Source: Rhynchopus sp. YZ270_cl-10
Lineage: Eukaryota
Length of the DNA: 64,000 nt
Direction of reading: 5' to 3'
Assembly (NCBI GenBank): GCA_964035575.1
Contig: OZ037834.1
Coordinates: forward strand, 1,054,001 to 1,118,000
Shown: positions 55,496-64,000 of the stretch, in pieces
How positions within the stretch are numbered: position 1 is the first letter of the stretch
How the letters are laid out: the number at the start of each line of letters is the position of its first letter
Translations under genes and position numbers: made by a program
Notes under the pieces: model-generated
Told to the model about the DNA's origin: nothing
Databases searched by the model: none
What the model saw: only the letters and a program-made list of their open reading frames with translations

Positions 55496-57898
55496 TCACA
55501 ATCCTCCCTTGTGGAAGTATCTGTAGTACACCTGCTCGTACTCACGGAAGAATCCGAGCATGCACCACGGCTGTGTCTCCGAGTTTGTCTCTCCACTTCT
55601 GAACGATGTGACAAACTCCTTGTACGGAATCGCGTCGGTCTCCTTCGTACGGTCTCTGATCGAAGCGACAAGTGCAAGCATTGCGTTCGCCTTGACAATC
55701 TCGAGCTTGTTCTCTGTGGCACTGCTGAAAGACACATCGTCCTGGTGGTTCATGACCTCCTGCATCAGGTTGACAACACGCAGGAAGATCGATGACTTGA
55801 AGTTCCACAACACACCGTCGCCGTTGGCAGGGTCCTTCACGATGGTCACCACCTCGAGCAGACTGGCCTGCTCGCTCACAACGTTCATCGTCACAGGCGA
55901 GGAAAGGGAGAGGATACCGTCCTCCAGCCACGTCATCAGGGTTTCCTTCTCTTTGCTGATCTCAAGGTGCTCGTATGCAACAATGAGGTACGACAGAGCA
56001 AGCAGCGCAGCACTGTGGCAGTCAAGGAAGACCCTCCCGTCAGCGTAGCAGTTGAAGGCTCCCTTCTTGTTCTCCTTTGTAGTGGTGACTCTCAGGATGT
56101 CCATGATTTCAATCGAGTTCTCAATGTACCCATGCATCTTCTTGTTCAGCTTCTTGTCCTCCTTGTTGATGACCAACATCTTCACGTTCGCAATAAGTGC
56201 GTAGGCGTGTCCACGGAGGAAGATTTGCTCGCAAGTCTTGTCCACTTGTCCGTCAAGTGTGAGCACGAAGTTCTCCATGTAAACGTCAAGATGCCTGAGC
56301 AGCCACTGGTTCAGCACCTCTCCCTTCGCAACCAGCTCCACCTTCTCTTCGCTGGGAAGATCGTAGTGGCCACCCTTCAGGAAGTACGTGAAGGACGCAA
56401 CACTCGACAGCTCTGCACCGTAGTCGTAGGAGATCGAGAAGTCGGTCAGCTCCTTGCGCGACTCGATCGTGCTGAACAGCTCGTCGTACGGCATCGTCCT
56501 GTGCAGTCCTCCTGAGGTCAGGAGAGAGTGGTCCTGCGCGGTGAGTGTCTCGCCCTGCTGCAGGGTCTTGCCTCCGTACTGCATCTCGATGTTGTTGACA
56601 CGATCACCCTCTGTCACGAAGGTGACCTTTGTCAACTGCCTGTCACGAATGAGGATGTGGAAAGCGTACGAGTAGCCCATCGGGCCTGTGCTGTACACAC
56701 TGAACCAGTCAAGGTCTTTGACAGGGAGCGACTGAACCTCATGTCCAAGATGGTGCACAACTCCAGCTGTAGCGTGCTTGACGGCAACTCTGGTGAACGC
56801 GATACGGGGGAAGGCCTTCTTGAAAGTGATGCGGACGTTCTGTGCTGGCTTCTCCTGAAGGTTCTTGGCACGTCCGTGCTGGCGGATGACGGTGGTGTCT
56901 TCGCGGACGTGGTACTCGACATATGCCTCAACAAGGTCCTCGCACACAACAGTGAAACGCGCAACAACAACGTCACTGCGCTTCTCCACCACTCTCTTGT
57001 ACTGGTCCAGGCCATAGTCACGAGTGCTGTACTCCGTACCGTCGATGGTGAACTCAAGAACGAACCCAGCAAATGAGTGGAGCACCTCCTCGTCACGGCC
57101 GTCGTGGAAACGGTATCCAGTTGAGAGCTGGTTGCGGTTCAGGTTCCCGTAATGGTCCATGATTCCGTTGTGTGCACCGAAGGCTTCGTGGTCCTTGCTC
57201 TTCAACTCAACCAGGTTCATCGACTGTCTACGGAACATAAGACCCTCCTTGCTCATGTACATCATGAATTCAGCGATTTCGTGTGCCTGCTTCTTGTACC
57301 TTTCGTAAACACCGGGAACAGTGAACACCTCCAGCACCTTTGCGTTGTCGTCAATCCACCACCACCTGTCACCTCCCATGTCCTCCTCAGTCTCCTTCGA
57401 TGCGTAGTGCTTACCTGTTTTCTGCATCAGCTTGTCCATGATGTGGTTCAGGTACGGCTGAACACGTTTGAAACTGATGCCCTTCGGCTTGCGGGGAGCC
57501 AGAGCAGGACATTCGGGGCACGTCTTGCTGGGACAGTCGCCGCAATCGCACACCTTCTCAGGGCAGGTCTTCTCAGGGCAGGATCTCTCAGGACAGCTCT
57601 TCTCCGGGCACGTGGGACAGATCTTGTCGGGGCAGTCCTTCTCAGGGCAGGTCTTCTCAGGACAGTACTTCTCGGGACAGTCTCTGTCCTGGCACACGGG
57701 GCACTGGGGACAGTGGCATTCCTTCTGGACAGCGTCCGGGCAGGGCGCTGGCACGTAGAAATGCTTTTCCACGACGCTTGGTGCTGAGCCCCCACCGTCT
57801 TTTGGTACGTAGTCAGGAAGCTTTTGGCTGACTAAGACGATGACTAGTACTGTTGCTGAGAACAACAGCATTAAGCGTTGTGGTGAAAACGGGCTCAT
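55496..57898 (-). CDS. Uncharacterised type II membrane protein, paralog 4 (800 aa)
   Basis: First ATG 57898; nearly identical to paralog 3 including ~225 bp upstream. Confidence 0.92.
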   Translation of the reverse strand: MSPFSPQRLMLLFSATVLVIVLVSQKLPDYVPKDGGGSAPSVVEKHFYVPAPCPDAVQKECHCPQCPVCQDRDCPEKYCPEKTCPEKDCPDKICPTCPEKSCPERSCPEKTCPEKVCDCGDCPSKTCPECPALAPRKPKGISFKRVQPYLNHIMDKLMQKTGKHYASKETEEDMGGDRWWWIDDNAKVLEVFTVPGVYERYKKQAHEIAEFMMYMSKEGLMFRRQSMNLVELKSKDHEAFGAHNGIMDHYGNLNRNQLSTGYRFHDGRDEEVLHSFAGFVLEFTIDGTEYSTRDYGLDQYKRVVEKRSDVVVARFTVVCEDLVEAYVEYHVREDTTVIRQHGRAKNLQEKPAQNVRITFKKAFPRIAFTRVAVKHATAGVVHHLGHEVQSLPVKDLDWFSVYSTGPMGYSYAFHILIRDRQLTKVTFVTEGDRVNNIEMQYGGKTLQQGETLTAQDHSLLTSGGLHRTMPYDELFSTIESRKELTDFSISYDYGAELSSVASFTYFLKGGHYDLPSEEKVELVAKGEVLNQWLLRHLDVYMENFVLTLDGQVDKTCEQIFLRGHAYALIANVKMLVINKEDKKLNKKMHGYIENSIEIMDILRVTTTKENKKGAFNCYADGRVFLDCHSAALLALSYLIVAYEHLEISKEKETLMTWLEDGILSLSSPVTMNVVSEQASLLEVVTIVKDPANGDGVLWNFKSSIFLRVVNLMQEVMNHQDDVSFSSATENKLEIVKANAMLALVASIRDRTKETDAIPYKEFVTSFRSGETNSETQPWCMLGFFREYEQVYYRYFHKGGL

Positions 57899-58888
57899 TG
57901 TAGAGCAGTCAGACTCAGTTGGTAATACAAAATCCTGTGTGGTGTGGTGTTGTCGGGTGGGGGTGACATTACGGTAGGTAATTTTTCTCCTCACCAGTGT
58001 GCGTAACTGCGTTTCCGAGCTCTGCGGAATAAAATGCAAGAAAAATAGTTGGTGGACACAGTTGAACCCAACTGAAAGGCGGCCACCAAGTTTGTCGCAT
58101 TTCGTGACAGCGACTGGCTGCAAGAACTAAGGAGATATTTGCTCCAAAAAGTGGCAAAAGAAAAGAGGGTGTGAGGACAAATGATGTTTTACTTTCTTTG
58201 GGGTCAGGGGGGGGGGGGGGGGGGGTGAGTTAATTGTGGAGGGGGGAAAAAAATGTGATGAAAACGTGAGATTTTTGCTCAGATACCTGAAACAGCTCAT
58301 CGTTGCCACTCAAAATAGAAAACAGAGTTTTTTTGTGTGGTGTTACATTCCATCAAGGAGGCAAACGTAGAAAGCACGCAAGCGAATATCTTTGCTAAAA
58401 AACAAAAATACACGGGGGGGAGGGGAAAAAAAAATGCGCTCGTGAAAGTATCACCTCGCGTAAAGCAGATATATTTAAATTTGTCTAAAAATAAATAAGT
58501 ATTTTTTTTAACTCTGCTTATGTCTTGCGCGTACCAATACTTTTTGTGGCCTGCAATGCCGTTGGTACCTCAGAATCTCCGTCGTTGGAGGCCTGCATTT
58601 ACACTGTCCGCATGTGAAACAACCAAAAAGTTTTCGTAAAAAAAAATTGCGTGTATCTACCTACGTATGACTGGATCGAACTCCTTCACTGTGTCCCCTT
58701 CAAAAAAACATCGCATAGTTCCCCCGAATTTCGTGAGAATCCTGGAGGTTACACGGTGGACTGGTCAAGGTAAAGTACTGGTCAATTGACAGGTACTGTG
58801 ACCAGTGCAAAAAACGGGGAGGGGAGGGGGAATCGCGGGAGGGGGAGGGGGGTATGTATGTATGTATTTTTTTTTTTTCCCCTTGTTC

Positions 58889-59625
58889 CAGGGCGTTCGC
58901 TATCGCCATCGTTTTTTCCTGATCGTGGCGAAATGCCAAAAAACCCGAAATTTTTGCTTTTTTACTAGTGCTTAAAATAGGTCAAAAAAATTTTCCGCCG
59001 GAGAGAAGCTAGTTCGTGGGGGGTGAATCCCTGGTACTGAGTGGTCAAAAAAAATTTGCGATTTGCGCGTGATCCCTTCCCCAGCACAAGTGCTATTACA
59101 GCTGCACTTTCCTGATACTAAAACCAGCAAAACGATGGAGAATTTCATCAATCCCCCCTCACTGAGGGTCTCTTTGTGTTGTTTAATCAAACAGATGTAC
59201 AAGAGAGAGGCATCTGTCATGTGAGACTTCATCCTTATTTTGATTATTTTCAATAAACTAAAACGTCTCTCTGCCGTTGAAGGTAGAGTTGACACGAGTA
59301 GTGACACCTTCTATAACAGGGGCTTCAGCAGACTGCAGGATTGAGGAGCGGGAGTGCTGGGGAAACTTCCTCTCACGGCAGGCGGGTTTGCGGAACAGTG
59401 GACACCCCTCTGCGACCCCCCCTCCGGGGGGGTCGACAGGGTGGTGGGGAGAAATCTCTCTCTCTTTATTTTTTTTTCTCCCCTTTTTTTTTTTATTTAT
59501 TTATTTATTTATACAGGGTTTCGCCCCGGTGGGGCGAAGCCCTGGGGCGAAATAAAATGTCATTTTTTCAGGAAAAATTTTTTTTAACGAAAAAAAATAT
59601 TTTTCGCCCCGGGGCGAACGCCCTG
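58889..59625 (-). mobile_element. hAT deletion derivative, 8-bp TSD
   Basis: TIR CAGGGCGTTCGC / GCGAACGCCCTG; CCTTGTTC on both sides; hAT C-terminal domain remnant. Confidence 0.92.
59140..59290 (-). pseudogene. hAT C-terminal (dimerisation-region) fragment
   Basis: PSTAERRFSLLKIIKIRMKSHMTDASLLYICLI matches the ERxFS..K.IK...R/KS.M....L pattern. Confidence 0.85.
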
Positions 59626-60795
59626 CCTTGTTCCCTTTAAGCTTTGTTAACTACCCTTTTGGTTCGTGTGTGTCCTGCCGGGGCAGGGGGCGGCGGCTAG
59701 TCTTGTTCTCATCAGGGGTAGTCTTGGGCCGGGGTTTTGTTATTTACTGCTTTGCGTTCTTGATTGCAGTGCTCTCACGAGGCTCCAGCGGAGGAACTCA
59801 GATCCTCTACCAGAGGCCTTTGTTGGGCTTGGCTGCTTTGATTTGCTTTTTTTCCTTGTTTTTATTTTTGTTTTTTTTTTTTTTTTTTTGGGGAGGGAGA
59901 GGAGGTTAAATTATGGGTGAATGTAACTACAACTAAAAACTGCCCATTGTTCTCCTAAAAACAGATAAAATTTTGGATTCATGTTCCCTTTTTTTTTCCT
60001 TTTTTTTCAAAAATTGATGACGTGTAGACACCTCGCTTTTTTCTCGTGTGTTTTTTTTGTTGTTTTGTTTTTTTTTTTGGGGGGAGGTTTTTATCCTTTT
60101 TCGGTGTGTCACCTACCCTGAAGGAAAAAAACAAAAATCCAGAATTTCATGTTGTCGGTCCCACTTGGGAACAAAACCCTACGCAGAAAATACCGGGTCA
60201 TCGCAATTAGACGCACTTTTCTAGCCCTGATCTTCATGGGGGCTAGGTATGCTTTCTTGCGTGTAAACAATAGAGTAGATCCAACGTGCACAATCGCAGT
60301 GGTCGTGCTCATGTAAAGCGCGGGACGTGTGTGATCCGTACCACAGCAAAACATAAGGCACAACCGTTCTTCACGCCACGAAACCTCTTTATACTCCAGC
60401 CAAAATAAAATTAAAAAAAAAAAAAAAAACGGTCGTCGTTTCCTACAGAAAGAACATTGTGTGTATCATGGACAGTAGCGTGTCCCCGCTACTGCTTTTT
60501 GTTTTTGAAAATGGGGGTGTTAAGAAAATTTTAAACATGCCACTCACGATTTAAGCACATTGCAAACCTGTTTTAATTTTGTATTCTCCATAATGTGGCC
60601 AACACCGTTAAGATGCGAGATCCATGACAGAAAACAAAAACACGAAAATGCAAAAAATAAAAAATAAAAAAATAAAATAAAAAATATTCTACAGACTAAA
60701 CATGGCTACTCATTCCCAACAACAAAGGGATAGGGCACCAAGAAATCGCGCATATCAAAAAATTCGCAAACCACCTCACTCCGTCACGTATTTCA

Positions 60796-63210
60796 TCACA
60801 ATCCTCCCTTGTGGAAGTATCTGTAGTACACCTGCTCGTACTCACGGAAGAATCCGAGCATGCACCACGGCTGTGTCTCCGAGTTTGTCTCTCCACTTCT
60901 GAACGATGTGACAAACTCCTTGTACGGATAAGGGTCCGTCTCCTTCGTACGGTCTCTGATCGAAGCGACAAGTGCAAGCATTGCGTTCGCCTTGACAATC
61001 TCGAGCTTGTTCTCTGTGACACTGTTGAAAGACACATCGTCCTGGTGGTTCATGACCTCCTGCATCAGGTTGACAACACGCAGGAAGATCGATGACTTGA
61101 AGTTCCACAACACACCGTCGCCGTTGGCAGGGTCCTTCACGATGGTCACCACCTCGAGCAGACTGGCCTGCTCGCTCACAACGTTCATCGTCACAGGCGA
61201 GGAAAGGGAGAGGATACCGTCCTCCAGCCACGTCATCAGGGTTTCCTTCTCTTTGCTGATCTCAAGGTGCTCGTATGCAACAATGAGGTACGACAGAGCA
61301 AGCAGCGCAGCACTGTGGCAGTCAAGGAAGACCCTCCCGTCAGCGTAGCAGTTGAAGGCTCCCTTCTTGTTCTCCTTTGTAGTGGTGACTCTCAGGATGT
61401 CCATGATTTCAATCGAGTTCTCAATGTACCCGTGCATCTTCTTGTTCAGCTTCTTGTCCTCCTTGTTGATGACCAGCATCTTCACGTTCGCAATAAGTGC
61501 GTAGGCGTGTCCACGGAGGAAGATTTGCTCGCAACTCTTGTCCACTTGTCCGTCAAGTGTGAGCACGAAGTTCTCCATGTAAACGTCAAGATGCCTGAGC
61601 AGCCACTTGTTCAGCACCTCTCCCTTCGCAACCAACTCCACCTTCTCTTCGCTGGAGACATCATAGTGGCCACCCTTCAGGAAGTACGTGAAGGACGCAA
61701 CACTCGACAGCTCTGCACCGTAGTCGTAGGAGATCGAGAAGTCGGTCAGCTCCTTGCGCGACTCGATCGTGCTGAACAGCTCGTCGTACGGCATCGTCCT
61801 GTGCAGTCCTCCTGAGGTCAGGAGAGAGTGGTCCTGCATGGCGAGTGTCTCGCCCTGCTGCAGAGCTCTGCCTCCGTACTCCATCTCGATGTTGTTGACA
61901 CGATCACCCTCTGTCACGAAGGTGACCTTTGTCAACTGCCTGTCACGGATGAGCATGTGGAAAGCGTACGAGTAGCCCATCGGGCCTGTGCTGTACACAC
62001 TGAACCAGTCAAGGTCTTTGACAGGGAGCGACTGAACCTCATGTCCAAGATGGTGCACAACTCCAGCTGAAGCGTGCTTGACGGCAACTCTGGTGAACGC
62101 GATACGGGGGAAGGCCTTCTTGAAAGTGATGCGGACGTTCTCTGCTGTCTTCTCCTGAATATTCTTGGCACGTCCGTACTGGCGGATGACGGTGGTGTCG
62201 TCACGAACGTGGTACTCGACATATGCCTCAACAAGGTCCTCGCACACAACAGTGAAACGGACGACAACAACGTTGCTGCGCTTCTCCACCACTCTCTTGT
62301 ACTGGTCCAGGCCATAGTCACGAGTGCTGTACTGCGTGTCGTCGACGGTGAACTCAAGAACGAACCCAGCAAATGAGTAAAGCACCTCCTCGTCACGTCC
62401 GTCGTGGAAACGGTATCCAGTTGAGAGCTGGTTGCGGTTCAGGTTCCCGTAATGGTCCATGATTCCGTTGTGTGCACCAAAGGCTTCGTGGTCCTTGCTC
62501 TTCAACTCAACCATGTTCATCGACTGTCTACGGAACATAAGACCCTCCTTGCTCATGTACATCATGAATTCAGCAACGTCGTGTGCCGACTTCTTGTACC
62601 TTTCGTAAACACCGGGAACAGTGAACACCTCCAGAATCTTTGCGTTGTCGTCAATCCACCACCACCTGTCACCTCCCATGTCCTCCTCAGTCTCCTTCGA
62701 TGCGTAGTGCTTACCTGTTTTCTGCATCAGCTTGTCCATGATGTGGTTCAGGTACGGCTGAACACGTTTGAAACTGATGCCCTTCGGCTTCGCGCGGGCC
62801 TGGGCAGCCAGGGCAGCACAATCGGGGCACTTCTTGCTGGGACAGTCGTCGCAATCACACACCTTCTGAGGGCAGGTCTTCTCAGGGCAGGATCTCTCAG
62901 GACAGCTCTTCTCCGGGCACGTGGGACAGATCTTGTCGGGGCAGTCCTTCTCAGGGCAGAACTTCTCAGGACAGAACTTCTCGGGACAGTCTCTCTCCTG
63001 GCACACGGGGCACTGGGGACAGTGGCATTCCTTCTGGACAGCGTCTGGGCAGGGTGATGGCACGTAGAAATGCTTTTCCACGACGCTTGGTGGTGAGCCC
63101 CCACCGTCTTTTGGTGAGTAGTCACTGGGAACCCTTTGGCTGACTAAGACGATGACTAGGGCTGCTGCCGATATCAACACCATTAAGCGTTGTGGTGAAA
63201 ACGGGCTCAT
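60796..63210 (-). CDS. Uncharacterised type II membrane protein, paralog 5 (804 aa)
   Basis: First ATG 63210; same architecture and motifs. Confidence 0.92.
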   Translation of the reverse strand: MSPFSPQRLMVLISAAALVIVLVSQRVPSDYSPKDGGGSPPSVVEKHFYVPSPCPDAVQKECHCPQCPVCQERDCPEKFCPEKFCPEKDCPDKICPTCPEKSCPERSCPEKTCPQKVCDCDDCPSKKCPDCAALAAQARAKPKGISFKRVQPYLNHIMDKLMQKTGKHYASKETEEDMGGDRWWWIDDNAKILEVFTVPGVYERYKKSAHDVAEFMMYMSKEGLMFRRQSMNMVELKSKDHEAFGAHNGIMDHYGNLNRNQLSTGYRFHDGRDEEVLYSFAGFVLEFTVDDTQYSTRDYGLDQYKRVVEKRSNVVVVRFTVVCEDLVEAYVEYHVRDDTTVIRQYGRAKNIQEKTAENVRITFKKAFPRIAFTRVAVKHASAGVVHHLGHEVQSLPVKDLDWFSVYSTGPMGYSYAFHMLIRDRQLTKVTFVTEGDRVNNIEMEYGGRALQQGETLAMQDHSLLTSGGLHRTMPYDELFSTIESRKELTDFSISYDYGAELSSVASFTYFLKGGHYDVSSEEKVELVAKGEVLNKWLLRHLDVYMENFVLTLDGQVDKSCEQIFLRGHAYALIANVKMLVINKEDKKLNKKMHGYIENSIEIMDILRVTTTKENKKGAFNCYADGRVFLDCHSAALLALSYLIVAYEHLEISKEKETLMTWLEDGILSLSSPVTMNVVSEQASLLEVVTIVKDPANGDGVLWNFKSSIFLRVVNLMQEVMNHQDDVSFNSVTENKLEIVKANAMLALVASIRDRTKETDPYPYKEFVTSFRSGETNSETQPWCMLGFFREYEQVYYRYFHKGGL

Positions 63211-64000
63211 TGTAGAGCAGTCAGACTCAGTTGGTAATACAAAATCCTGTGTGGTGTGGTGTTGTCGAGAGTGGGGGGTTTGCAATGCGTTACTTCTCAG
63301 GTGATACCAAAAGATGTATTTGACTCCACAAACAGTTGACTCGAAATACAAAACCCTCACACGAATAGTACCAAAAAAAGAGGGGAAGAAGAAACAAAGA
63401 AATGTGTATCAGATTAATCTAAGCCTCTCGTGCATAGTCCGTGATCACAATCGTTTTCGCCCACATAAGGCTGTTGTCGGGGGTATGTCAAATCCCCAGA
63501 TGGGGGAAAATCGTGAAAGGTGTGGAAAACGGTTAAATGGGGGGTGGGGCGTATTTTATAATTACTTTTCTGGTTTTCTTTATACGCAACAGCGGGGGTG
63601 AGGGGTGGGCATTAGAAACCGGAAGTTGGGACGTTAAGTGAGACACTTCTTTTGAGAGGTACAAGGTCTTTTCCTGTTTGTGCCACGTGGCTTCTGCACA
63701 AAGTGTAAAAGAAAAAGAAAAATAGAAAACAGAGTTTTACAAATATACGAATCTGCAGGTGTTATCGGTTTATCGAGTGGGAAGGGTTGTGAGAAGTGTA
63801 TTTTGGTGTTACCAGACGTGCCCCCATCAACAAGTTAAAAGGAGAAAAGTCGCAAAAGCGAGTGTCTTTTTGCATCTAAATAGAAAAAGTAAAAAAAATG
63901 CGAAACTTGGAAGATAAATGTGTCGCTCATGTGAAGTATAATCACTAGTGAATGATCACCTCCACGCGAAAAATCAGGCTGCCTGACTTTGATTTAACCC

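Noticed and set aside
28299..63057. Many plus-strand ORFs overlapping the five paralogs
   Set aside because: Antisense shadows caused by codon bias
63994..64000. TTAACCC as the start of another piggyBac
   Set aside because: Only 7 bases at the window edge

Overview
Eukaryotic, repeat-dense window. The A/T-homopolymer-rich spacers, intron-poor GC-richer genes all on one strand and CA-rich splice-acceptor-like tracts suggest a protist, possibly a euglenozoan/diplonemid (inference only). 1-27 kb holds two satellite arrays (a 47-bp unit of ~6.4 kb carried inside a small hairpin-ended element, and a near-perfect 10.8-kb AGCTAAGG array) and a complete 6.7-kb hAT-like transposon with a 6-bp TSD. 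Its transposase reconstructs as an intact two-exon 863-aa gene, with a MITE in the intron and Asp where hATs normally carry the catalytic Glu. 28-63 kb holds a tandem cluster of five intronless minus-strand paralogs encoding uncharacterised ~720-800-aa type II membrane proteins with a variable Cys-Pro stalk and a conserved, probably carbohydrate-active, luminal domain. The paralogs are separated by nested non-autonomous DNA transposons: hAT-like with 6- or 8-bp TSDs, a piggyBac derivative, TA/TATA-targeting MITEs and two hairpin-ended elements of uncertain class. No rRNA, tRNA or CRISPR array was seen. All calls were made by eye without database searches.
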